Virus record (IMG/VR): IMGVR_UViG_3300016472_001104
Span: 28,042 to 92,041 of that record
Direction: 5' to 3' (one strand)
Source of the DNA: a virus
DNA length: 64,000 nt
The notes beneath the pieces are model-generated. The model was not told the origin of the DNA. It did no database searches and worked only from the letters and a program-made list of their open reading frames with translations. A program made the translations under genes and the position numbers. Below are positions 19,693 through 29,490 of this stretch, one piece after another. Numbering within the stretch: the stretch's first letter is position 1; every line of letters begins with the position of its first letter.

Positions 19693-22600
19693 ATGTCATA
19701 TACTCGTGATGAAGCATACGCGGCGTCTCTCAAATACTTCAACGGTGATGAACTCGCTTCATCGGTGTTCGTTGACAAATATGCATTAAGAAATCCAAAA
19801 GGTGAACTTCTTGAAAAAACCCCTGCGGACATGCACATCAGGCTTGCAAAAGAGTTCGCTCGAGTTGAGGCGAAGTATCCCAATCCAATGAGCGTTGAGG
19901 AGATCTTTCTTCTTCTTTCTGACGTAAGCCTTCCTCCTCTTGAAGCTGCAAAGGCAAAGCTCGAAGATCTTCATGCAGCGGCCTGCGGATTAGGTCCCGT
20001 GGTCCCACAAGGATCACCGATGTCGGCTATCGGTAATGATTTTCAGTATCAATCGCTGTCCAACTGCTTCGTCATTCAATCGCCTTATGATTCCTATGCA
20101 GGTATCCTAAAGGCAGATCAGGAACAGGCACAGATCATGAAGCGTCGAGGAGGTGTTGGCTTTGACATCTCTACGATTCGTCCCAAGGGACTTGTCACTG
20201 CCAACGCGGCTCGAACAACGGATGGCATCGGCGTCTTTATGGAGCGGTTCTCCAACACCTGCCGCGAGGTTGCCCAAGGAGGTCGTCGTGGAGCGTTGAT
20301 GCTTACCATCGACGTTCATCACCCAGAGATTCGTACGTTTGTTAACATCAAACGTGACCTCAAGAAGGTTACTGGTGCAAACATCTCTATCCGTCTTTCT
20401 GATGAGTTCATGCAGGCGGTGAAGGACGGTGGCAATGTTCATCTTCGCTTTCCTGTTGAGAAGGATGCAAAGCACACTGTTGAAGAGTGGGTCGACGCCA
20501 AACAACTCTGGCACGAGATCATCGAGGCGGCTTGGGCTTCCGCAGAACCAGGTTTGCTGTTTTGGGACACGGTAAAGCGCCGGACTCCGACAGAGGCTTA
20601 TCCTGATTATTGTTCTACGTCGACCAATCCGTGTCTTGCTTACGATACTCAGATTGCAGTGGCTGATGGTAGAGGATATGTTTCTATCGGCGATCTCGCC
20701 AGGGCCGGTGTGGATGTTCCCGTTTACGCTTACGATAACGACACAGGCAAGATTATCGTAAAAACGATGAGGAATCCACGTTTGACAGGAAAGAACATGC
20801 CTGTCTACAAGGTAACCATCGAAGGAGGTCATACATTCAAAGCTACCGGTAACCACACCATGATCCTTCGCGATGGAACACGAAAAATGGTCCAGGACTT
20901 GCTACCAGGCGACTCACTATGGATTGCTCAAAAGGCTCAGGCAAAGTTCAACGAAGTGCTACCTGGACTACGAGCCACGCAGTCTCAAGACTACCTCTGG
21001 GTTAAAGACTGCAACTCTAAGTCGTGGAAGGCAGAGCACAGGATTATCTGGGAAGCGCACAATAACCGCAAGGTCGACCTCCATGAGGTCATCCACCACG
21101 TTGACTTCAATGCTCAAAATAACAACATCGACAATCTTCGCCTTATGAGCAAAGAAGACCACGACGCTTACCATGCCTCATTGATCAAGGGAGAAAATAA
21201 TCCGATCTTCAAGATCAAGGCAGATCCTGCGAGATTTGCTGAATACTCTGCGAAGATGTCGCACTCTGTTGGTGGAGTTAACAATCCACGAGCTTACGAC
21301 GTCAGCAACGATGATCTACTACAACACGTCGAAAACCTCGTTGCATCGATGGGTCGTCGTCCAAGTGGAGGAGACTGGGAAATCTATGCTGAGAAGAATT
21401 CCTTACCTCGTTTCTTAAACTCATTTAGGTTGGGAGGTAAGCAGTTCTCTCAAGTTGTAGCCGACATCTCAGACAAGCTTGGCATTCCAAGTGAGTTGAC
21501 TTCCTTGGATCCTCGTATGGCAGTAAGAGCTCTTGAGGCTCAAGGGTCTGGATACTCGTGGAGAATGTTGGACGGTGAGCTTCAAGTCGAGAAGAAGTGC
21601 GAATGGTGTCATGACAACTTCTGGGGTTCATACGATAAGAGAGAGGTGTCTTTCTGCGGACACTCTTGCTCCAGCTTCTATGCCAACCGCAAAGCAGGTA
21701 AAAATGCAGCTCGCGCTGCAACGCTGCAAAAGATGCATCTTGAGAGAGGATCCAAGAATCGGATGGCACAGCTCGATGCGTATACACAGCTTCGGTTCAC
21801 CCTTGGACGAGATCCTCTCCAGGGTGAGTGGGCAGCGCAGTGCAAGTCCAACAATCTTCCGTCACGCCTGGGAACAAAGAACGGCTTTGAGTCATGGAAA
21901 CAGCTGAAGAGCGAGGCCTCCCTTCACAACCACCGAGTCGTATCTGTTGAATTCGCAGGAAATGAAGATGTTTACAATGGAACGGTAGACGACGTCCACA
22001 CGCTTACGTTCAAGGTAGGACAGGAATCAATTGAAGGCCTCAGAAATCATGTCGACGTATTGATTGCCAGCGAGCAATGTGGAGAGATCGTCTTGTCTCC
22101 ATACGACTCCTGTCGTCTCTTGCTCGTAAACCTCTACAAGTTCGTGAAGAACCCATTCACTTCTGCGGCTGCTTTTGACAACGAACGTTTCAAGGATGTC
22201 GCAGCAAAAGCGCAACGGCTCATGGACGACCTGATTGATCTCGAGATTGAGGCTGTCGACAGGATCATCGCAAAGATTAAAAAGGATCCTGAACCTCAAG
22301 AGGTGAAGCAAGGAGAGCTGGACCTCTGGAACAAGATTCGTTCTGCTGCCCTCGGCGGTCGGCGAACTGGTCTTGGAATCACCGCACTCGGTGACACTCT
22401 GGCGGCGATGGGGTTCGTCTATGGATCCAAGCAATCAATCCAGATGACGGAATCACTCTACAAGGCGCTCTCGCTCTCTGCATACAAATCGACTGTAAAG
22501 ATGGCCGAGGAACGTGGAGCATTCCCCGTCTTCTCTCACAAGTTGGAAGAGAGCCATCCATTCATCCAACAGGTCCTTGAGGCAGAACCTGACCTTGTCG

Positions 22601-23709
22601 AGGCTTATAAGAAGCATGGTCGTCGAAACATTGCGTTGACCACGACAGCTCCAGCCGGTTCTGTCTCAGTTCTTACACAAACTACTTCTGGAATTGAGCC
22701 GGCATTCATGCTCTTCTACAAGCGCCGCAAGAAGGTCAACGGTGATGATCCAAATGTTCGTGTCGACTTTGTCGATCCACTAGGCGACAAGTGGCAGGAG
22801 TTCATGGTCTATCACCACGCTTTCAAGAAGTGGATGGAGGTTAACCATAAGACAGAGGAAAATGTTACTGAATCTCCATACCATGGTGGCACTGCCAATG
22901 AGATCGACTGGGTTGCCAAGGTCGACCTACAAGCTGCGGCCCAAAAGTGGATCTGCCACTCTATCTCCAACACCACGAACATTCCAAACTCAACTTCTGT
23001 CGATGTCGTTAAGGACATCTACATGAAGGGTTGGGAGACCGGATGCAAGGGCGTCACCATCTATCGTGATGGTTGCCGAACAGGTGTCCTCGTGGCGGAG
23101 ACGAAGACAGAAGAGAAGAAAGTAGATTCCTCTGGTCAACCGGAGACCATGGTAGAAAGCCACGCGCCAAAGCGACCTAAGGAACTAACCTGTGATATTC
23201 ACAGAATTAACGTGAGGTCAGGTAGTGACAACGAGAGCTATCTGGTACTCGTCGGTCTCCTCGAAAGTAAGCCCTACGAGATCTTCTGTGGTAGATCTCA
23301 CCACGTCGAGGTACCGAAGAAAGCCAAGTCAGGTCTTCTAATCAAGAATGGAAAGAAGGACGGCGTCGCGACGTATAACCTCCAGATTCCGGTTGGAGAT
23401 GATGATCATCTTATGTTTAAAGATGTTGTCGAATTGTTTGCAAATCCAAATCACGGGGCCATGACAAGAACTTTATCTCTTGCGCTTCGCCACGGCGTTC
23501 CAGTTCAGTATATGGTTGAACAGTTACAGAAAGATAAACACAGCGGTCTTCAATCTTTCTCTAGAGCAATATCCAGGGTTCTTAAGACGTACATTCCTGA
23601 TGGCACAAAGTCTCAGTCTGACAAAGTTTGCGGATCTTGTGGGCTTGAAGGAATTGTTTACAAGGAAGGATGCGTTACATGTGTGGCTTGCGGTTGGTCA
23701 AAATGTTGA
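19693..23709 (+). CDS. nrdJ: Class II (B12-dependent) ribonucleotide reductase containing an intein
   Basis: SNCFV, RRGGVG, GRRGALM, TNP/CGE split by an intein, RRTGLG, APAGS, TTSGIEP, CKGVTIYRDG, C-terminal TSCPD-like and Zn-ribbon region (EGCVTCVACGWSKC); no small subunit nearby. Confidence 0.92.
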   Translation: MSYTRDEAYAASLKYFNGDELASSVFVDKYALRNPKGELLEKTPADMHIRLAKEFARVEAKYPNPMSVEEIFLLLSDVSLPPLEAAKAKLEDLHAAACGLGPVVPQGSPMSAIGNDFQYQSLSNCFVIQSPYDSYAGILKADQEQAQIMKRRGGVGFDISTIRPKGLVTANAARTTDGIGVFMERFSNTCREVAQGGRRGALMLTIDVHHPEIRTFVNIKRDLKKVTGANISIRLSDEFMQAVKDGGNVHLRFPVEKDAKHTVEEWVDAKQLWHEIIEAAWASAEPGLLFWDTVKRRTPTEAYPDYCSTSTNPCLAYDTQIAVADGRGYVSIGDLARAGVDVPVYAYDNDTGKIIVKTMRNPRLTGKNMPVYKVTIEGGHTFKATGNHTMILRDGTRKMVQDLLPGDSLWIAQKAQAKFNEVLPGLRATQSQDYLWVKDCNSKSWKAEHRIIWEAHNNRKVDLHEVIHHVDFNAQNNNIDNLRLMSKEDHDAYHASLIKGENNPIFKIKADPARFAEYSAKMSHSVGGVNNPRAYDVSNDDLLQHVENLVASMGRRPSGGDWEIYAEKNSLPRFLNSFRLGGKQFSQVVADISDKLGIPSELTSLDPRMAVRALEAQGSGYSWRMLDGELQVEKKCEWCHDNFWGSYDKREVSFCGHSCSSFYANRKAGKNAARAATLQKMHLERGSKNRMAQLDAYTQLRFTLGRDPLQGEWAAQCKSNNLPSRLGTKNGFESWKQLKSEASLHNHRVVSVEFAGNEDVYNGTVDDVHTLTFKVGQESIEGLRNHVDVLIASEQCGEIVLSPYDSCRLLLVNLYKFVKNPFTSAAAFDNERFKDVAAKAQRLMDDLIDLEIEAVDRIIAKIKKDPEPQEVKQGELDLWNKIRSAALGGRRTGLGITALGDTLAAMGFVYGSKQSIQMTESLYKALSLSAYKSTVKMAEERGAFPVFSHKLEESHPFIQQVLEAEPDLVEAYKKHGRRNIALTTTAPAGSVSVLTQTTSGIEPAFMLFYKRRKKVNGDDPNVRVDFVDPLGDKWQEFMVYHHAFKKWMEVNHKTEENVTESPYHGGTANEIDWVAKVDLQAAAQKWICHSISNTTNIPNSTSVDVVKDIYMKGWETGCKGVTIYRDGCRTGVLVAETKTEEKKVDSSGQPETMVESHAPKRPKELTCDIHRINVRSGSDNESYLVLVGLLESKPYEIFCGRSHHVEVPKKAKSGLLIKNGKKDGVATYNLQIPVGDDDHLMFKDVVELFANPNHGAMTRTLSLALRHGVPVQYMVEQLQKDKHSGLQSFSRAISRVLKTYIPDGTKSQSDKVCGSCGLEGIVYKEGCVTCVACGWSKC
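20632..22077 (+). mobile_element. Intein (482 aa) with HNH homing endonuclease, inserted in the NrdJ active-site NPCGE motif
   Basis: Starts CLAYDT after TNP, block B TGNH, HNH motif IHHVDFNAQNNNIDNL, block F DVYNGTV, ends SEQ before CGEI. Confidence 0.9.
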
Positions 23710-23762
23710 GTTGTTTATCCACAAGCTAATCAACTTTTACAACCTATTGAATAGTTATTAAC

Positions 23763-24779
23763 ATGATAACATGTTTTATCTGTTCAATAACATTTTCAAA
23801 CAATTTGGGTGGACAATTAACAAATCATCTAAAAGATACCCATAATATTTCTTTGAAGGATTATGTCATCAAATTTGATTACGATGGAAATCCTCCAAAA
23901 TGTGAATGCGGTATTTGTGAAGATATCCCTGTTTTTTCTAGAGGAAGTTTTCAAAGATATGCTTTAAATCATCACAAATTTGAGGTTAGAGAAAAGTTAT
24001 ACATCCAAAAACATGGCAGCCCTAAATGTTATGAATGTCAAAATCCAGTAAAATTCCATAGAGGTATTCCAAGGAAGTATTGTTCTGCGAGGTGTGTCGG
24101 AAAAAATGTGGGTTTTTCTTTATCAGAGACACAGGATACAATTAAAAAAGTCGTTCAAGAAAAATACGGAGTCTCTAATGTTTCCAACTTAGACTCTACG
24201 AAATCCAAAATTTCAGCTTCTAATTCAGGAAAAACCTGGAAGATGAATGATGAGGGAAAGAAAAAGATTAGTGAAGCTTCAAAAAAACAATGGACAAATC
24301 AAGAATACAGACAAAAAATGTCTGAAGTTGTTTATTCGAAAGAAGAGTTAGAGAGACGTTCAAAATGGTTAAAAGAGAAAAATAAAGACTTAGAATTTAG
24401 AGAAAAAAACTTTAAGAATCACAAAAATAGGCTCAGTAAACTTCATCAAAAAATTAGAGAAAAATTGAGCCTTGATGACCTAGGCTTTGTTTCAGAACAA
24501 AGAGTTTTAAAGTATTTTGTTGATGAGTTAAATGAGGAGAAAAAGTTAATCGTCGAGATTTATGGAGATTATCCTCATGCAAATCCTAAAAAGTATTCAG
24601 AAGATTTTATTGTAAGATTACATGGTCAATCGTTTACCGCAACAGAAAAACGAGAACAAGACTTATTAAGAAAAAACAAGTTAGAAGAAGCTGGCTATAC
24701 TGTCATCGTTGTTTGGGAATCCGACGACATTGAAGAAAAGAAGAAAGAAATAACAAATTTTTATAGTTATTCAATATGA
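23763..24779 (+). CDS. Free-standing homing-endonuclease-like protein (Zn fingers + Vsr/DUF559-like domain)
   Basis: N-terminal CxxC/H motifs, KYGVSNVS and NUMOD-like KKKISEASKK segments, C-terminal YFVDE...VEIYGDYPH...GYTVIVVWESD; AT-rich. Confidence 0.75.
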   Translation: MITCFICSITFSNNLGGQLTNHLKDTHNISLKDYVIKFDYDGNPPKCECGICEDIPVFSRGSFQRYALNHHKFEVREKLYIQKHGSPKCYECQNPVKFHRGIPRKYCSARCVGKNVGFSLSETQDTIKKVVQEKYGVSNVSNLDSTKSKISASNSGKTWKMNDEGKKKISEASKKQWTNQEYRQKMSEVVYSKEELERRSKWLKEKNKDLEFREKNFKNHKNRLSKLHQKIREKLSLDDLGFVSEQRVLKYFVDELNEEKKLIVEIYGDYPHANPKKYSEDFIVRLHGQSFTATEKREQDLLRKNKLEEAGYTVIVVWESDDIEEKKKEITNFYSYSI

Positions 24780-25108
24780 AAATGAAGGTTAAAGAGCTTC
24801 GCCGCATAATTCGAGAGAATTATGCTCGTGAGATTCCTCAATATGCCATTGATGATACATGCCTGAAAGTTATCAAGTTGAAGATGAATCCCTCTCAGGC
24901 CGCAGATTATTGTAGAGAACAGCTTGAACACTACTTCAAGATGCACATCAATTCTACGTCAAATAGTCCTGCTGATATGCGTTATAAAATTGTTAAAATG
25001 CACCAAGTGTTTGATGACATGGAAGAAGAAATTCGAAAGTTGAAAAATCTAAAAGATAATTTAAAAGATGTCGTAGATCAATGTGTGAGACGTTTTTTGT
25101 TTATTTGA
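24776..25108 (+). CDS. Hypothetical protein with shared N-terminal motif
   Basis: MKMKVKELRRIIRE; ATAGTTA 6 nt upstream. Confidence 0.65.
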   Translation: MKMKVKELRRIIRENYAREIPQYAIDDTCLKVIKLKMNPSQAADYCREQLEHYFKMHINSTSNSPADMRYKIVKMHQVFDDMEEEIRKLKNLKDNLKDVVDQCVRRFLFI

Positions 25109-25114
25109 TTGACA

Positions 25115-25378
25115 TCATTCTTCACATTTAAGTGAAAGATCATAAACTTTTTCGGTTGTATTTAAACCCAAAAATTTAGGTTCTTTATAGTAATTTTTTG
25201 CCCATAAATCTTGTATTTCATGATCTTTGTGTAATAGTTTTTTTTCATTCAATACACATTTAAATGAATCATTGAGGTTGTAATTTTTTATTGGTGTTGC
25301 GGTAAAGCAAGAACCGGTAAATATACATGAAAAAATCACTGTAAGGTTATCTAATTTGGTCATATTTTTATGTGACAT
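25115..25378 (-). CDS. Hypothetical protein
   Basis: 87-aa AT-rich ORF filling a gap; hydrophobic N-terminus with Cys. Confidence 0.45.
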   Translation of the reverse strand: MSHKNMTKLDNLTVIFSCIFTGSCFTATPIKNYNLNDSFKCVLNEKKLLHKDHEIQDLWAKNYYKEPKFLGLNTTEKVYDLSLKCEE

Positions 25379-25453
25379 ATCTATTAATCACGTTTAAATT
25401 ATGATTAATAATCAACCATATCCAATTTAAAAATAGGATTTAATATACACTTT

Positions 25454-26113
25454 ATGCCTCCACATTCAAATAAAGTAGAGTTAATTGGACATTATGGATC
25501 CGATGAAACTCATGCACTTTCAGCATGGACTTCAACATCACGAGATTTAACAGAAGACAAAAAAAACAGAATTCCTAATCTTCTTAAGATGTTGGCTGAA
25601 AACGGGCATGAGACTCCCTTTGAAAAGAGCTCACTGCATTTCCTAGTCACAACAGATGTGAGTGCCCATATCCATCTCATTAAACACAGGATTGGAGTCT
25701 CCGTCAACGCAGAATCGGCACGTTATAAAGAGCTCAAGGATGACAAGTATTATGTTCCCGTTGATTGGCCCGTAGAAGAGAAAGAGCTCTACATCGAGCA
25801 TATGGAGTCTTCTCTTCAAAAATACCATGCCACCCTTGAAAGACTTGTTCAATCAGGAATGAGTCGTAAACGGGCAAAAGAATCCGCACGACTCTATCTT
25901 CCTTATGGAAACCAGATCACAGCTGATGTCATGTTTAACTTTAGAAGCTTCGTCCACTTTCTAAGGTTGAGGTATTCCGATCACGCTCAGGTCGAGATAA
26001 GAGACATTGCGAAGCAGATGTTAGATCTTGTCGTTGAAACCGGATCTTTTAATGCGACGCTCGAGGCTTTTGGGTTGATGAACGGCGGAAACGTTCGAGG
26101 TCCCTTTGGATGA
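25454..26113 (+). CDS. thyX: FAD-dependent thymidylate synthase
   Basis: GHETPFE, HLIKHRIGVSVNAESARY (ThyX motif), ESARLYLP, NFRSFVHFLRLR, HAQVEIR. Confidence 0.93.
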   Translation: MPPHSNKVELIGHYGSDETHALSAWTSTSRDLTEDKKNRIPNLLKMLAENGHETPFEKSSLHFLVTTDVSAHIHLIKHRIGVSVNAESARYKELKDDKYYVPVDWPVEEKELYIEHMESSLQKYHATLERLVQSGMSRKRAKESARLYLPYGNQITADVMFNFRSFVHFLRLRYSDHAQVEIRDIAKQMLDLVVETGSFNATLEAFGLMNGGNVRGPFG

Positions 26114-26649
26114 GCCACGTAAACCTTCCTTTTCACTTCTATGTGAATGTTGAAAATCGGCACCTGGGCCCAAACATGCCTCCTGGAACAACTCGTGGAA
26201 TTTGGCACGGCGTCTACTCTAGACCCCATCAGGTCTTGATGTGCCATGTGATGTTGGAGTCCGGAGCCCACTGGTCTGGTCTTCCAATCCATGCTTTATC
26301 ATCCAAGGAAGATTTTTCCCTTAACCATGAACAGTTGATGCCTTGGGCGTCGATGGGGGATGACGTGACTGCATATCACGCGAAGTATCTTGAAGGATTA
26401 GAATGTGAGGTTTTTCGACCGATCAAGTCACAAGGGAGGCACACAGGAATCATCATCGATTGGAACGATGGATATTCCAGGTATCCAGCCGAGCACAAAC
26501 CGTTGAACATGATTCAGTTAGAGAACGGTCAATTTTCTCTATCACCGAATAATTTTGTCCTGTTTAACGACAAACATTTTGTTGATGAATCTTGCAGGGT
26601 AAACTTGAAAAACTATCGCCGTGGCGAGATTGTATATTGGGAGAAGTGA
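26110..26649 (+). CDS. Hypothetical protein
   Basis: 179 aa, ATGA-coupled to thyX; LESGAHWSGLPIHAL. Confidence 0.7.
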   Translation: MSHVNLPFHFYVNVENRHLGPNMPPGTTRGIWHGVYSRPHQVLMCHVMLESGAHWSGLPIHALSSKEDFSLNHEQLMPWASMGDDVTAYHAKYLEGLECEVFRPIKSQGRHTGIIIDWNDGYSRYPAEHKPLNMIQLENGQFSLSPNNFVLFNDKHFVDESCRVNLKNYRRGEIVYWEK

Positions 26650-27239
26650 TGTCAAAAATAATCGTGATTGAGGGCCCAGATCGCGTAGGAAAACAGACGC
26701 AGACAAACCTCTTGAAACAAACTCTAATGAGCCACGGTATGCTTTCTACCGTCGTAGAGGTTCCAATCAAGTCAGCCATCACGTATCCAGTCATCTACTG
26801 GATGCTTCGAAATGGCCTCGCAAAAAAGTTTCCAAAAATCTTTCAATGGTTTCAATACCTGAATAGAAAGGTTTTTCAGACGTGGAAGCTGCCGCGGTTA
26901 GAAGAACATTATGATGTTATCATAATGGACAGGTGGAGCCTTTCCACTATCGTGTACGGGATCGCAGAAGGAGTTCCAGAAAAGTTTACGTTAGACCTTG
27001 CGGATAAGTTACGTAAACCAGACTATACGATCATCCTTCACGGAGAAGCTTTTGCTCACGAAGCCGAGGATGCTTACGAAGCAGACTCTGGCCTACAGAA
27101 AAAAGTTAGGCTAGAATACGCTAAGTGGGCGATAAATCACCCTGGTGAAGTTAAATTGATAGATTGTAAGCAACCAAAAAAGATCATTGCAAGAAAGATT
27201 AAAGATGCTTTGCAGGAGAAAAAGATATTACCAAGGTAG
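26649..27239 (+). CDS. tmk: Thymidylate kinase
   Basis: IVIEGPDRVGKQTQ P-loop, IMDRWSLSTIVYG, KPDYTIIL. Confidence 0.85.
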   Translation: MSKIIVIEGPDRVGKQTQTNLLKQTLMSHGMLSTVVEVPIKSAITYPVIYWMLRNGLAKKFPKIFQWFQYLNRKVFQTWKLPRLEEHYDVIIMDRWSLSTIVYGIAEGVPEKFTLDLADKLRKPDYTIILHGEAFAHEAEDAYEADSGLQKKVRLEYAKWAINHPGEVKLIDCKQPKKIIARKIKDALQEKKILPR

Positions 27240-27257
27240 AGTGATATTTAATAAATC

Positions 27258-28199
27258 ATGTATATAGCACCTAAAAAGCTGAAAAGAGGTTCAAGGGTTG
27301 CAATCATAGCCCCAGCATCTCCAGTGCACACCGATAGATTGATGGAAGGTCTGGACATCATTAAAGAGGTTGGGTTGATACCGGTTCTTGGTCCTTGTGT
27401 AAAAAACCTAAGAAACGATGGATGTTCTTCTGCTCCTTTGAAGGAAAGAGTTGAAGAGTTTAATTGGGCTTTTCGTAGCCCAGAAATTGCTGGTGTGATT
27501 TGTGCTTTAGGTGGTGAAGGTTCAGCTGCATTACTTCCTCATATTGATTATGATGTTATAAGATCTAGTCGCAAACCATTTCTTGGTAGATCTGATATAA
27601 CTGCGTTGAATACCGGAATTCTAAAACACTCCGGTTTGATAACGATAAACGGTCAGACACCAAGCATTCATGTTGACAGAGGTAAAAAGGTGTTGTCTCT
27701 GGAATCAGAATCTTTTTTAAGAACGTTATTGTTGATGATGTCAAATGAGCAGTGGGGATCTAAGCCTTTTGAAAACAATCTTAATATTCCACAAACTGTT
27801 TCTCCAGGCAACGCCAGTGGTATTGCTTTAGGAGGAAACCTAGATACATTTACCAGATTATTTGGTACCCAATACATGCCGAATGTTGATGATTGCATTC
27901 TTTTCATAGAAGACGTTCATAAATCTGGCGTTGTTTTGGACAGAGAGTTTCTTCAGCTTGAGCTCGTTGGTGTCTTACAAAGTGCTGCAGGGTTTGTCAT
28001 TGGTGAGTTTATAGACTCAAAAGACAATAATCTTTTTAACGTTGAATCTGCCGTTGAAAGATATTTCCTTGAAGGAAAACCGTGTATGTATAACATGCCA
28101 TTTTCTCACGGACCCGTTGTTGCTCCAATTCCAATTGGAGCGATGTGTCACATTGACGCAAGTTCTTGCAGCGTTTCTTTTGATTTTGCGATGTCTTGA
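27258..28199 (+). CDS. LD-carboxypeptidase / MccF family serine peptidase (S66)
   Basis: VAIIAPAS, GRSDITAL (Ser), GGNL, LFIEDV (Glu), FSHG (His). Confidence 0.88.
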   Translation: MYIAPKKLKRGSRVAIIAPASPVHTDRLMEGLDIIKEVGLIPVLGPCVKNLRNDGCSSAPLKERVEEFNWAFRSPEIAGVICALGGEGSAALLPHIDYDVIRSSRKPFLGRSDITALNTGILKHSGLITINGQTPSIHVDRGKKVLSLESESFLRTLLLMMSNEQWGSKPFENNLNIPQTVSPGNASGIALGGNLDTFTRLFGTQYMPNVDDCILFIEDVHKSGVVLDREFLQLELVGVLQSAAGFVIGEFIDSKDNNLFNVESAVERYFLEGKPCMYNMPFSHGPVVAPIPIGAMCHIDASSCSVSFDFAMS

Positions 28200-28231
28200 T
28201 ACAACCGTATCTTCCGTTGTAAAATCGTCGT

Positions 28232-28489
28232 ATGAGCTACAAAATTTCAGATTCAGTTGCATTACGATTTGTTCAAATTTTTCAAGAGGCAGTTCTACTT
28301 GGCGTAGATGGTGCTGATCTCATGAGGCAGGTTAGGCTCACGGTTGATGAAACGCAATCTGACACTGTTACACTTTGCCCAGAGTATGAAAAACAAGTCG
28401 TAGAAATGCATAAAAAGTACCTTGAAGACGCAGAGAAGTTAAAGTCTCAATCTACAGTAACCTTTCCAAAGGTTCTTTTTGAGAGCTGA
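28232..28489 (+). CDS. Hypothetical protein
   Basis: 85-aa ORF; TAAAAT -10-like element 6 nt upstream. Confidence 0.65.
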   Translation: MSYKISDSVALRFVQIFQEAVLLGVDGADLMRQVRLTVDETQSDTVTLCPEYEKQVVEMHKKYLEDAEKLKSQSTVTFPKVLFES

Positions 28490-28564
28490 ACGTGACAATT
28501 GCGATCGCATTTGTTCTTTTTTCTTCTTTGATCATCGTTAGATTTTTTTTCGTTGAGGATGACG

Positions 28565-28930
28565 ATGGATAAATTAAAAGAAATGTGGGATCAACAAACA
28601 TCATTCATGTTGCTTCTTCAAAAGCACAGAAATTTCCCGTCATTTCCTGTTGATCCTACGACAAAGTCAGGTCAAAAGTTGCTAAAAAACATTACGCATG
28701 AGTGTATGCATGAATTGTTTGAGGCAAATCAGGCCTTGAAAAATTCAAAGGATCACAGGGCAACTGAGGTTGATGAGTTCAATAGAGATCATTATGTTGA
28801 AGAGTTAGTTGATGCCCTACACTATTTCTTTGAGATTGCAATTTTAAGTGGTGTGTCCCTAGATGAATTACACGACGCTTATTTGAAGAAGGGAAACGTT
28901 AATATTGACCGTATAAAAAACGGTTATTGA
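28565..28930 (+). CDS. All-alpha NTP pyrophosphohydrolase (dimeric dUTPase/dCTPase/MazG-like)
   Basis: HELFEA...EELVDALHYF...YLKKGNVNIDR. Confidence 0.8.
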   Translation: MDKLKEMWDQQTSFMLLLQKHRNFPSFPVDPTTKSGQKLLKNITHECMHELFEANQALKNSKDHRATEVDEFNRDHYVEELVDALHYFFEIAILSGVSLDELHDAYLKKGNVNIDRIKNGY

Positions 28931-29025
28931 AAAATGCATATGACCCCTTCCATTTCATAAAACAGTGATTATCTTTGTCTTGTAACGACGGATTAACCGT
29001 CGCAATTGAAAGGAGAATCATTAAA

Positions 29026-29385
29026 ATGTTATCCAGATACTATGATACTATTCGTACGCCGATGTTCGATCTCATCGACCCATTGAGAGTTTTTTCTGAC
29101 CTTGAAACAACTTCGTTACGTCATCGATCAGATACGATAGATGATGAAGGTATCAAAATAGAACTTCCAGGTGTAAAAGCTGAGGATGTTGAGGTGACAC
29201 TTGATGGCAGGTCATTGAAAGTTTCAGGAAAAACACGACATGGTAGGGAATTTAGTTATTCTTACTCCTTAAAACCAAGTGTTGATGATTCTGCCGTCAC
29301 AGCCAGCCTTAAGGACGGTCTTCTATCAATTTCTTTGCCCCTGAAACAAGAAAGCACTTCAAGAAAAATTCAAATCATTTCTTAA
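29026..29385 (+). CDS. Small heat-shock protein (Hsp20 family)
   Basis: IELPGVKAEDVEV, ASLKDGLLSISLP; AGGAG RBS. Confidence 0.9.
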   Translation: MLSRYYDTIRTPMFDLIDPLRVFSDLETTSLRHRSDTIDDEGIKIELPGVKAEDVEVTLDGRSLKVSGKTRHGREFSYSYSLKPSVDDSAVTASLKDGLLSISLPLKQESTSRKIQIIS

Positions 29386-29414
29386 TTTTTAAAATTTAAA
29401 GCGTTCAAAAAGAT

Positions 29415-29449
29415 AAGGCCCTTCCTCAACGGTTGGGCCTTTTTGTTTT
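29415..29449 (+). terminator. Rho-independent terminator
   Basis: AAGGCCC...GGGCCTT stem followed by a T tract. Confidence 0.75.
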
Positions 29450-29490
29450 GTTGATTATAGTTATTGTTACACGTTAATACAGGTGTATTT

